This document shows positions 15,874 through 23,835 of a stretch of DNA of 53,519 nt, piece after piece. The notes beneath the pieces are model-generated. The model was not told the DNA's origin and ran no database searches. It was given only the letters and a program-made list of their open reading frames with translations. Source of the DNA: Candidatus Yanofskybacteria bacterium RIFCSPLOWO2_01_FULL_42_49 (GTDB taxonomy: Bacteria; Patescibacteriota; Minisyncoccia; 2-02-FULL-40-12; GWA2-44-9); NCBI GenBank assembly GCA_001795615.1, contig MGKI01000008.1, forward strand, positions 1-53,519, written 5' to 3'. The position numbers and the translations under genes are program-made. Position 1 is the stretch's first letter. The number at the start of each line of letters is the position of its first letter.

Positions 15874-17925
15874 ATGAGTGCTACCAAAATAATCAATGTT
15901 CTAAGGGGTGATAAGTTTGAAGAACTTTTAGGTATTGTAAAAGACACCGAGGCTTCGGAAGTGATATTTGTATTGCCTAAAAAAACTAAAGCCTTCGGAA
16001 CGGAAAAACAGTTTGCCCTGCTTAGCAAGGAAATAAAAGACAGCGGCAAGCTGGTTGCTTTCTTGTGTTCTAACCCTGAAACAAACGACTTGGCTAAAAA
16101 ATATAACTTTGACACTCTGTCTACCAAAACAGAATCCGGTTCCTTAAGAAGAGTCAGACAAGCCCAGCCGAGTATAGTTGCAACTGCTGCCAAAAACAAC
16201 GGCACGAGTGATGACGATACGGAGGAGATAGACGATTCCGAAGAAACAGACGAAGAACATAAAGAATCAGAAAATGAACTTGGGGAATTTGTAAAAGACG
16301 AGGAAACGCTCCCAGAAATTTCTGACGAACAAATAAAAAACGAGGAATCCTATGACGACGAAGAAAAAGACCTTAAAGAGGAGGAGGAGGAGGCGCCATT
16401 CGGAACAAAAGTAGATGACGATGGAAATGTCATATACGATGAAGGAGAGGAAAATATTGCCGAAGAGACAGCCTCCTCAGACAATACTGGAGAATTCCAA
16501 GTTATCGGAGCGGTTTCTAAAAAAATGGGAGATGTAATTCCGCCCACATTCGGTAAAAACATAAAAATCATCCAAAAAAGCAAGCGACCGGTTAAACTTG
16601 AGACTAAAATTGGACAGTCGGGCCTTGATTGGAATAAGGGGGAAGAATCAGAAAATATATGGAGCGGAATCTCAAAACCATCCGTGCCTCGGTCTTCGGT
16701 TTTTAAAAAATTTAAATTATTCAAAAACCGAATACCTAAAAGTGGTCTTTTAAAATTCAACCGCGATAATTCGCAAAGACGGTGGATCGGGGTTTTATCT
16801 CTGGCATCAATACTTATTTTAGCTTCTATCGTTTTCTTTACGACCGGAAGCGCCAAAATAAACATCAAGCCAAGGTCAGAAAAACTCGACCTTCAGCTGA
16901 AGGTCGCCATTTCGCCTAACTTTGCATCTGTTGACGATTCTTTCAATCGAATACCGGGCCAGCTTTTCAAAATAAACAAATCCGCAGTTGACGAATTCAA
17001 CGCTACTGCCGAGAAAGATGCTGTTCAGAAATCAAGGGGAACGCTGACTATATATAATGAGTACGGTACCTCGCCCCAGCCGCTGGTTGCCACTACCCGA
17101 TTTGAGTTTATTCAAGAAGATAAAGTGTCTGGTTTTGTCTTTAGAACGCTTCAGTCCGTTATCGTGCCAGGGATGAAAGTTGAAAATGGCATAATCACTC
17201 CAGGAAAAATTAGCGTAGAGGTCATCGCCGACAAAGCCGGACAAGCATACAATATTCCGGCCGGCAGTTTTGGTATCGTAGCTTGGAGAGAAAAAGGCGA
17301 TACGGCAAGATACGAAAAAATATACGGCAAATCATCCGAACCCATGCATGGGGGAATACTTGGAAAAGCAAAAGTAGTTTCAGAGTTTGACTACAACAAT
17401 GCCAAGGATCAGCTTACCGCCAAGGTTAAAAACGAAATCAACGAGTCACTGAAGTCTCAATCAGCCAGCCTTGAATTGCCGCCTGGTATTGAAGCAAAAA
17501 TAGATTCAGCAGAATCAACCGCTGGAATTGATGATGCCGCCGATACTTTTACTGTCACAGTTGAAGGTTCCATTGTCACCATCGGTTACAAAAAGGAGGA
17601 CTTAATGGCTCTTGTCACCCAATATGTAGATCGGACTAAAGATCTGATGGCCGTTCCTGAAAAACTTGAATTATCATATACGGATGTTGCCATAAATTCA
17701 GCCGATAATACTCTCAGGATCACGGTAAATATAAGCGGAAACGGTTATGCGAAAATAGATAAAGAAGATGTAATTGGCAACCTAGCGGGCAAGAACGAAG
17801 CCCAAATAAAAGACTACCTGGGTTCTATAAATAATATTGATTCCGCAAAAGTAGTCCTCTCTCCGTTTTGGGTCAAAAAAATTCCCAGAAATCCACAAAG
17901 GGTAGATATATTATTGACTTTCTAG
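15874..17925 (+). CDS. Large hypothetical membrane protein with an acidic low-complexity segment
   Basis: 683 aa. A D/E-rich stretch includes the DNA repeat (gag)5 at about 16379-16393. A single TM segment (WIGVLSLASILILASIVFF) precedes a large extracytoplasmic domain. No family recognised. Confidence 0.65.
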   Translation: MSATKIINVLRGDKFEELLGIVKDTEASEVIFVLPKKTKAFGTEKQFALLSKEIKDSGKLVAFLCSNPETNDLAKKYNFDTLSTKTESGSLRRVRQAQPSIVATAAKNNGTSDDDTEEIDDSEETDEEHKESENELGEFVKDEETLPEISDEQIKNEESYDDEEKDLKEEEEEAPFGTKVDDDGNVIYDEGEENIAEETASSDNTGEFQVIGAVSKKMGDVIPPTFGKNIKIIQKSKRPVKLETKIGQSGLDWNKGEESENIWSGISKPSVPRSSVFKKFKLFKNRIPKSGLLKFNRDNSQRRWIGVLSLASILILASIVFFTTGSAKINIKPRSEKLDLQLKVAISPNFASVDDSFNRIPGQLFKINKSAVDEFNATAEKDAVQKSRGTLTIYNEYGTSPQPLVATTRFEFIQEDKVSGFVFRTLQSVIVPGMKVENGIITPGKISVEVIADKAGQAYNIPAGSFGIVAWREKGDTARYEKIYGKSSEPMHGGILGKAKVVSEFDYNNAKDQLTAKVKNEINESLKSQSASLELPPGIEAKIDSAESTAGIDDAADTFTVTVEGSIVTIGYKKEDLMALVTQYVDRTKDLMAVPEKLELSYTDVAINSADNTLRITVNISGNGYAKIDKEDVIGNLAGKNEAQIKDYLGSINNIDSAKVVLSPFWVKKIPRNPQRVDILLTF

Positions 17926-17964
17926 GACATATTTGCTAACATATTTAAGCTTTTAACATTAGAT

Positions 17965-18177
17965 TTGAACAACAGCGACAAACAAAAAACAGAAGGTCAG
18001 GTTATTGAAGCTTTACCCAATACGACTTTTAAGGTTACACTAAATGACGGAAGAGAGGTATTGGCATATCTTTCGGGCAAAATGCGCCTGAACTATATTA
18101 AAGTTATGATAGGCGACAGGGTGACCCTCGAATTAAGTCCGGACGGAAAAAGAGGAAGGATAGTGCGACGGCTATAG
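17965..18177 (+). CDS. infA: Translation initiation factor IF-1
   Basis: 70 aa with a TTG start. The S1-like sequence is [32 protein letters not shown]...GDRV. Confidence 0.92.
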   Translation: MNNSDKQKTEGQVIEALPNTTFKVTLNDGREVLAYLSGKMRLNYIKVMIGDRVTLELSPDGKRGRIVRRL

Positions 18178-18180
18178 CCG

Positions 18181-18260
18181 TTTTAGGGATTAGGTTTTAG
18201 GGATTAGGTTTTAGGTTTTCATTGACCCTAACACCTAACACCTAAAAGCTAACAACTAAC
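18181..18260 (+). repeat. Intergenic word-repeat hairpin
   Basis: The G/U-rich left arm (ttagggattaggtt x2, ttaggtttt) faces a C/A-rich right arm (ccctaaca cctaaca cctaaaa). Complementarity is imperfect. Confidence 0.7.
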
Positions 18261-18374
18261 ATTAAAGTTCGTGCTTCGGTTAAAAAAATGTGTATTAATT
18301 GTAAGTTAGTAAGGCGAAAAGGTCGCCTCTATTGTTTGTGCAAAAACCCTAAACACAAGCAACGACAAGGATAA
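18261..18374 (+). CDS. rpmJ: Ribosomal protein L36, copy 1 (ATT in the start position)
   Basis: Not in the ORF track because it is under 60 aa. The reading ATT AAA GTT CGT ... gives (I/M)[36 protein letters not shown]. There is no in-frame ATG, GTG or TTG upstream before a stop. Confidence 0.7.
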   Translation: MKVRASVKKMCINCKLVRRKGRLYCLCKNPKHKQRQG

Positions 18375-18388
18375 ATAATGTGTAACAC

Positions 18389-18454
18389 AAATCTACGAAT
18401 GGCATGCGAATACTACGAATAACTATTTGTAGCATTCGTGTAAATTTGTAGATT
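18389..18454 (+). repeat. Word-repeat hairpin between the two rpmJ copies
   Basis: aaatctacgaat...gcgaatactacgaata pairs with tatttgtagcattcgt...atttgtagatt. Several pairs are G-U, so the hairpin is better in plus-sense RNA. Confidence 0.7.
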
Positions 18455-18482
18455 AGAGTTATATTGTGAGCCAAAGTGAACA

Positions 18483-18596
18483 ATGAAGGTACGAGCTTCG
18501 GTTAAAAAAATGTGTATTAATTGTAAATTAGTAAGGCGAAAGGGTCGCCTCTATTGTTTGTGTAAAAATCCTAAACACAAGCAACGACAAGGATAA
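18483..18596 (+). CDS. rpmJ: Ribosomal protein L36, copy 2 (ATG start)
   Basis: [37 protein letters not shown]. Has the Zn-ribbon CxxC...CxC...H pattern. Confidence 0.9.
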   Translation: MKVRASVKKMCINCKLVRRKGRLYCLCKNPKHKQRQG

Positions 18597-18636
18597 ACTC
18601 GATATTTCGAAATTTCGATATGTCGATATTTCAATA

Positions 18637-19023
18637 ATGCCACGCATTAGCGGTATCGTTATTCCCGATAATAAAAAAATACTGTATTCATTGCCATATC
18701 TATATGGCATAGGTTTGCTTTCGAGCAGAATTATTCTTAAGACAGCCAACATTGACCCCAATAAAATAGCAAAGGATCTTTCGTCTGATGAACTGAACAA
18801 GATACAAAAAATTATAGATAAAACTTATAGGGTAGAGGGTGACCTTAAAAAAGAGATAAGCCAAAACATTAAACACCTGAAAGAAGTCGGATCATGGCGT
18901 GGTTTAAGGCATTCCAGACGTCTTCCTATTAAAGGAAGAAGCAAAACAAATTCCAGAACAACAAGAGGTAATGTGAGAAGGACCATGGGTTCTGGCAGAA
19001 AATCAACATCGGAAAAGACTTAA
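18637..19023 (+). CDS. rpsM: Ribosomal protein S13
   Basis: MPRISGIVIPDNKKILYSLPYLYGIGL... with a basic C-terminus. Confidence 0.93.
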   Translation: MPRISGIVIPDNKKILYSLPYLYGIGLLSSRIILKTANIDPNKIAKDLSSDELNKIQKIIDKTYRVEGDLKKEISQNIKHLKEVGSWRGLRHSRRLPIKGRSKTNSRTTRGNVRRTMGSGRKSTSEKT

Positions 19024-19113
19024 CGCCCCGCTGCCGAAATTGAACCGAGTCGCGTTGAGCGGCAGTCCCAAAAGGGACCGGTTTCAACAAAAGGCAACGT
19101 CGGCACTGGGACG
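19024..19113 (+). promoter_or_regulatory. GC-rich structured spacer between rpsM and rpsK (candidate translational operator)
   Basis: Helices gctgccg/cggcagt and gtccc-aaaa-gggac are present. The loop sequence ttgaaccg pairs with the downstream cggtttcaa, which is pseudoknot-like. ccccgctgccga can alternatively pair with tcggcactggg next to the rpsK ATG. Confidence 0.45.
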
Positions 19114-19551
19114 ATGGGACAGAAGAAAGTCATTACAAAAACTGAAATCACCGAAGGAGCTGCACAAGCTCCGGTTGAGGTTTCTAAGAAATCTTTAAAA
19201 CGGCAGGTTATAAATGGTGTCGCCTATATTACTGTTTCATACAACAATACGATGATAGTCGTCGCTGATACGCGAGGCGAAATAATTGCCTGGTCTTCGG
19301 CCGGAGCTTTGGGGTTTAAGGGCGCAAAGAAATCAACTCCTTATGCCGCTAATCTTGTGGCTAAATCCTGCGTTGAAAAAGCAAAGAAATATAATTTAAC
19401 TAATATTAAGATAATAGTTAAGGGTGTCGGCCCGGGGAGAGAATCGGCTATTCGGGGATTAGCTGGAAGCGGATTGAATGTCACAGCTCTAATGGATAAA
19501 ACTCCAGTAGCTCATAATGGGGTAAGGGCATCAAAACCCAGACGAGTTTAA
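19114..19551 (+). CDS. rpsK: Ribosomal protein S11
   Basis: 145 aa. GVAYITVSYNNTMIVVADTRGE...GFKGAKKSTPYAA is the typical S11 core, here with an N-terminal extension. Confidence 0.93.
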   Translation: MGQKKVITKTEITEGAAQAPVEVSKKSLKRQVINGVAYITVSYNNTMIVVADTRGEIIAWSSAGALGFKGAKKSTPYAANLVAKSCVEKAKKYNLTNIKIIVKGVGPGRESAIRGLAGSGLNVTALMDKTPVAHNGVRASKPRRV

Positions 19552-19583
19552 ACTTGATATTTCGACATATCGATATATTCATA

Positions 19584-20225
19584 ATGGCACGCTACACTGG
19601 TCCAAAAGAAAAAATAGAGCGACGATTAGGTGAACGGCTTCTTCTTAAAGGAGAGCGTTCGCTTTCGCCCAAATCAGCAATTGTCAAAAAACCATATCCG
19701 CCCGGCATTCACGGTAACAAAAGACGGAGCCCCAGGAAAATGTCCGAATACGGACAGCAATTACATTCCAAGCAGAAAATAAGAAATACTTACAGGTTGA
19801 TGGAAAGACAATTTAAAAATTATGTAAAGTCGGCCCTTGCTTCCAAAAAAGATCTCTCCGAAGCCGTTATGAATAAATTGGAGTACCGCCTGGATAATGT
19901 AGTCTATAGATTGGGCATTGCTCAATCTAGAGACCAGGCAAGACAAATCGTTAACCATGGCCATATCCTTGTAAACGACAGGAAGGTCTCTATTCCATCA
20001 TATGAAGTAAAGATGGGCGACACAATAAAGATTAGAGAAGGGAGCAAGAAATCTCCATTTTTTGCTATATTATCACCGCAATGGATTGCAAAACACGAAG
20101 CGCCGCCATGGCTGGAATTAGACAAAAATCAAATGACGGGAAGAATCAAGGGTCGCGTAAGTATGGATGAAAGCGGAATTAATCCAAATGACCTACAGGC
20201 AATAATTGAGTTTTATAGTAGATAA
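19584..20225 (+). CDS. rpsD: Ribosomal protein S4
   Basis: Start chosen at MARYTGPKEKIERRLG. The S4 domain reads LDNVVYRLGIAQSRDQARQIVNHGHILVN. Confidence 0.93.
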   Translation: MARYTGPKEKIERRLGERLLLKGERSLSPKSAIVKKPYPPGIHGNKRRSPRKMSEYGQQLHSKQKIRNTYRLMERQFKNYVKSALASKKDLSEAVMNKLEYRLDNVVYRLGIAQSRDQARQIVNHGHILVNDRKVSIPSYEVKMGDTIKIREGSKKSPFFAILSPQWIAKHEAPPWLELDKNQMTGRIKGRVSMDESGINPNDLQAIIEFYSR

Positions 20226-20228
20226 AAA

Positions 20229-20299
20229 GTTTCTAGTGTCTAGCTTTTAGTTTCTAGTGATTTCTAAACTAGCCAACTAAAATCTAGCAACTAAAAACC
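20229..20299 (+). repeat. Intergenic word-repeat hairpin
   Basis: gtttctagtgtctagcttttagtttctagtg faces ctagccaactaaaatctagcaactaaaaac. Complementarity is imperfect. Confidence 0.65.
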
Positions 20300-20305
20300 A
20301 AAGTC

Positions 20306-21046
20306 ATGATACAGTTACCCGAACAAGTAAAAATACTAAAAAAAGAGGGGCATCGGTCCACTTTTGAAATTTCGCCGCTCATGCCTGGTTACGGCGCCAC
20401 TATCGCCAATCCCTTAAGGCGTATCCTTTTGTCTTCTCTTGAAGGCGCCGCCATTACATCCATAAAAATAAAAGGCGTTGATCATGAGTTTTCCAGTGTT
20501 CCTGGAGTAGCTGAAGATATAATTCAAATAATCTTAAATGTTAAAAAAATAAGGTTTAGGCTCCATTCGGGAGAGCCTGTTAAATTAACCGTGAGCGCAA
20601 AGGGGGAAAAAGAAGTTACCGCAGGAGACATCAAGACGACTTCAGATGTCGAAATTATCAATACTGATCAGCACATTGCCACTTTAACCGATAAAAAAGC
20701 TGATTTTGAAATGGAACTAGACATAGAAAAAGGAGTAGGCTATGTACCAGTTGAGCAGAGACAAAAAGAAAAATTAGCCATAGGTGCAATCGCTATAGAT
20801 GCTATTTTTTCACCTGTTAAGGTGGTTAATTTCACGATAGAGAATGTCCGTGTCGAACAGAGAATTGACTTCAATAAAATAACCATGGATGTTGAAACTG
20901 ACGGTTCCATTGAGCCGGAGGAGGCCTTGAATAAAGCATCAGAAATACTTGTAAGCCATTTTGAAATTACGGGTTCGGTTGAAGTGCCAGTGAAAAAAGA
21001 AAAAGGAGAGAAGGCAAAGAAAAAGACGGCAAAGAAGAAGAGATAA
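20306..21046 (+). CDS. rpoA: RNA polymerase alpha subunit, N-terminal domain only
   Basis: 246 aa. The alpha-NTD sequence is GYGATIANPLRRILLSSLEGAAITSIKIKGV.HEFS. It ends in the Lys-rich tail VKKEKGEKAKKKTAKKKR with no alpha-CTD. Confidence 0.9.
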   Translation: MIQLPEQVKILKKEGHRSTFEISPLMPGYGATIANPLRRILLSSLEGAAITSIKIKGVDHEFSSVPGVAEDIIQIILNVKKIRFRLHSGEPVKLTVSAKGEKEVTAGDIKTTSDVEIINTDQHIATLTDKKADFEMELDIEKGVGYVPVEQRQKEKLAIGAIAIDAIFSPVKVVNFTIENVRVEQRIDFNKITMDVETDGSIEPEEALNKASEILVSHFEITGSVEVPVKKEKGEKAKKKTAKKKR

Positions 21047-21167
21047 CCAATACTCAACATCCAATCAAACTACAAAATATTAAAAAATTAAAAAAAGTTT
21101 AAAGAATTGGTTATTGAGTTATTGATTATTGCCTGCCTGACCTCCGATAGGCGGGCCGGTAGGCAGG
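21047..21167 (+). repeat. Intergenic AT-rich inverted words plus a GC hairpin
   Basis: ccaatactcaacatccaatc faces gaattggttattgagttattg. The GC hairpin cctgcct...aggcagg follows at 21132-21167. Confidence 0.65.
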
Positions 21168-21178
21168 ATGATTAAATC

Positions 21179-21526
21179 ATGAGAAGAGGTAAAAATAGAA
21201 AATTTGGAAAAAAGAAGCGCTTAAGAGAAGCATTATATAAATCGCTGGCAACAGCCCTTGTTGATCGCGGCAAAATAAAGACGACGACAGCCAAGGCGAA
21301 GTCATTATCTGCTTTTGCCGATAAATTGGTTACCACAGCCAAAAAACAGAACATGGCCTCGCGGAGAGAATTAGCAAAAACATTTCACGCAAAAATTGTT
21401 AAGAAATTAGTCGATGAGATAGCGCCTAAGTTTAGTGAAAGAAAGGGCGGATATACCCGTGTAATAAGATTGGGTCAAAGAAAATCAGATGGAGCAGAAA
21501 TGTCCATCATAGAATTTACACAATAA
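21179..21526 (+). CDS. rplQ: Ribosomal protein L17
   Basis: 115 aa. Contains R.LATALVDRGKIKTTTAKAK and GGYTRVIRLGQRKSDGAEM. Confidence 0.92.
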   Translation: MRRGKNRKFGKKKRLREALYKSLATALVDRGKIKTTTAKAKSLSAFADKLVTTAKKQNMASRRELAKTFHAKIVKKLVDEIAPKFSERKGGYTRVIRLGQRKSDGAEMSIIEFTQ

Positions 21527-21603
21527 TGCGAAACTACGAACAAATTATGCGAACACTACGAACGGTTCGCACAGTTCGCATTTAAGTTCGCGATGTTCGC
21601 ATT
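21525..21603 (+). repeat. Intergenic word-repeat hairpin (gcgaac/gttcgc words)
   Basis: aatgcgaa-acta-cgaac-aaatt-atgcgaac-acta-cgaac folds onto gttcg-caca-gttcgcat-ttaa-gttcg-cgat-gttcgcatt. Paired words alternate with internal loops. Confidence 0.7.
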
Positions 21604-21618
21604 ATATATTTTATAGAT

Positions 21619-21963
21619 ATGACCAAAGTAGAAATTGATGCAACAAATGAACCATTAGGACGGCTATCAAGCAGAATTGCCGTGCTTTTGCGCGGTAAAC
21701 ATCTGCCTGCCTACCAGCCGAATGTTTTGCCTCAGGTTGAAGTGAGCGTTAAGAATCTGAAAAAGATTAAATTTACCGGCAAGAAATTCACAGATAAAAT
21801 TTATTATAAATATTCCGGATATCACAGCGGTATTACATCAAGGACATTGGAACAGAGATGGGAGAAAGATCCGGCTGAGGTTTTGCGATATAGCGTGTAC
21901 AGAATGCTTCCGAAGAATAAAACCCGTGATAAGATAATAAAAAACTTAAAAGTCGTCAGTTAA
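21619..21963 (+). CDS. rplM: Ribosomal protein L13
   Basis: IDATNEPLGRLSSRIAVLLRGKHLPAYQPN. Short form of 114 aa. Confidence 0.9.
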   Translation: MTKVEIDATNEPLGRLSSRIAVLLRGKHLPAYQPNVLPQVEVSVKNLKKIKFTGKKFTDKIYYKYSGYHSGITSRTLEQRWEKDPAEVLRYSVYRMLPKNKTRDKIIKNLKVVS

Positions 21964-21974
21964 TTTTAATTACA

Positions 21975-22520
21975 ATGCCCAAAAAAACGACAGTAAAAAA
22001 AGGGGTTAAAAAGACTCTCAAAAAAGAAGTTCAAGTTAAGGTTGAAACTCTGGTACCGGAGGAGCCGGTAAAACCAGCTACAAGAGAGAAATACTACGAA
22101 GCTAGGGGCGGGAGAAAAGAATCGGTCGCGCGTGTCCGTCTTTATACTAAAAAAGCCACCGATTTGTCTGCGCAGGCAGGTGCCGCTACAACTGAAGAAA
22201 AAGCTCTTATTATCGTTAACGGCAAAGATTACCGCGAGTATTTTACTGATGCTAATCTGTGGGAAGTAGTTGAGTCGCCGTTAAAAAAATTAAAATCCAT
22301 AAATCGGTTTAAGGTTACCGTCGTCGTCCACGGCGGAGGCAAATCAGGCCAGGCCGGTGCTATTAAACATGGCATTGCCCGAACCTTGGTGGAATTTGAC
22401 GCAAATTTTAGAAAAAAACTCAAAAAATCCGGTTACTTAACCCGCGACCCCCGCGCCAAAGAACGCCGCAAGTATGGTCTGAAGAAAGCTCGCAAAGCCC
22501 CAAGATGGGCAAAAAGATAG
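21975..22520 (+). CDS. rpsI: Ribosomal protein S9 with an N-terminal extension
   Basis: GGGKSGQAGAIKHGIARTL and the C-terminus RDPRAKERRKYGLKKARKAPRWAKR. Confidence 0.92.
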   Translation: MPKKTTVKKGVKKTLKKEVQVKVETLVPEEPVKPATREKYYEARGGRKESVARVRLYTKKATDLSAQAGAATTEEKALIIVNGKDYREYFTDANLWEVVESPLKKLKSINRFKVTVVVHGGGKSGQAGAIKHGIARTLVEFDANFRKKLKKSGYLTRDPRAKERRKYGLKKARKAPRWAKR

Positions 22521-22538
22521 TTTTCGTTTGTTTGTTTC

Positions 22539-22565
22539 AAACGGCTCACCTGGGGTGAGCCGTTT
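22539..22565 (+). terminator. Hairpin after rpsI
   Basis: aaacggctcac-ctggg-gtgagccgttt. The T-run is short. Confidence 0.6.
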
Positions 22566-22646
22566 ATGTTGAGCTCATCGAAGTATTGAATTTTGAGCGG
22601 GGGAATGGTAGTTTATTTGAGGTTCATTTTGGAGATTTTTTCAGCT

Positions 22647-22874
22647 ATGAAACTGTGCCGAAAACCCCCTAAGTCTAGAAAAGCAAAAATTGTTTTGCAT
22701 CACGACGACCCTCCGTGCGAAGCGCGTCTGGATCCAGATAATTTTTGCTCGAAGTGCCAACTACATCCGGATACGCAAAGCACGGCCTTCTATCTTTACT
22801 GCCCGTCCTGCGACATCCCACTGAAAAATCTAATTTGCCTAAATTGTAATGAAACATTTGAAAGACCCGTTTAG
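22647..22874 (+). CDS. Small Cys-rich (three CxxC) zinc-ribbon-like protein
   Basis: Start chosen at MKLCRKPP. Contains CSKC, CPSC and CLNC pairs. No family recognised. Confidence 0.45.
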   Translation: MKLCRKPPKSRKAKIVLHHDDPPCEARLDPDNFCSKCQLHPDTQSTAFYLYCPSCDIPLKNLICLNCNETFERPV

Positions 22875-22927
22875 GGTCTTTTTAAATGAGAAGTCCATTA
22901 GAAAAAGAAGCGGGGTTTTCGCTTGCT

Positions 22928-23737
22928 TTAAACCTCCACAATATTTATGCCGCCCCTTGTATCTATTTCTAGTATTCTATAAGTGCCGGAATCAACTTGT
23001 GGTGAGCTCGTCGAATCCACAATTAGGTGGTCATCATCTCTGAACCAGGCCACCTTTTTTATTTGCGTTGAAAATCGAGTAATAAGCTCTTTGTCTCCCT
23101 TTTTATGATACGGCTGATAATCGGCGTCATTAAGCCACATCACCCAGACCTCGTTGGCCGTCCACCAGGCAAGTTTATGTTTATCTTTTGAAAGAGCGAA
23201 ACCCTTAACACCGTTGGCAACCTTCTCGGGTGTTTCGCCGGTGGTTAAGAGAACTCCCTTTTTGATTACAAACAACTCAGCCGCCGGTGCCGGTGACGGA
23301 CTTACCGAACCCTTCGTAGTTTTTGGCGCCGGAGAAGGGAATAGTGAAATAATCTCTTCATCTAATTCCTCCGAATCGCTCTCATCTTTGGAAATTATTA
23401 ATATTTTTGAAAATTCGCTTACAAAACCCTCATCTACTGTTATCTGTTTTTGCCAAGTCGAATAGTTATTTCTTTGAATTCTTATTGCGTACTTATCGGG
23501 CAAAAGACCTTCTATCCGATATGAATTACCGAAAAATGAAGTATTGCCGAGCAGTTTGTCATCCATATAAACATCGGCGCCAGTATTAACTTTTAAATAA
23601 ACAGCACCCGTTTTGAAAAATCTATTTTCTGAAAAGCTGTATTTATATCCTTGCGCGTAAAGAATGACGACATAGCTCAAAACCAAAAAAACCGCCACCG
23701 CGGAATAAAAAAGGGTCCGTTTAAATCTCTTGGTCAT
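22928..23737 (-). CDS. Membrane-anchored PEGA-domain protein
   Basis: Start chosen at MTKRFKRTLFYSAVAVFLVL (TM). ADVYMDDKLLGNTS...LLPDKYAIRIQRNNYSTWQKQITV is PEGA-like. The longest ORF would start at 23776. Confidence 0.6.
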   Translation of the reverse strand: MTKRFKRTLFYSAVAVFLVLSYVVILYAQGYKYSFSENRFFKTGAVYLKVNTGADVYMDDKLLGNTSFFGNSYRIEGLLPDKYAIRIQRNNYSTWQKQITVDEGFVSEFSKILIISKDESDSEELDEEIISLFPSPAPKTTKGSVSPSPAPAAELFVIKKGVLLTTGETPEKVANGVKGFALSKDKHKLAWWTANEVWVMWLNDADYQPYHKKGDKELITRFSTQIKKVAWFRDDDHLIVDSTSSPQVDSGTYRILEIDTRGGINIVEV

Positions 23738-23835
23738 TTCGCTGTTGATTTTAGCATAAAAATAGTTTAACTTCAACTAAGAAAATTAGAACACAACTGG
23801 TTTGGCCAAGATTGAGGTGGCCGGCAAATTGTAAT

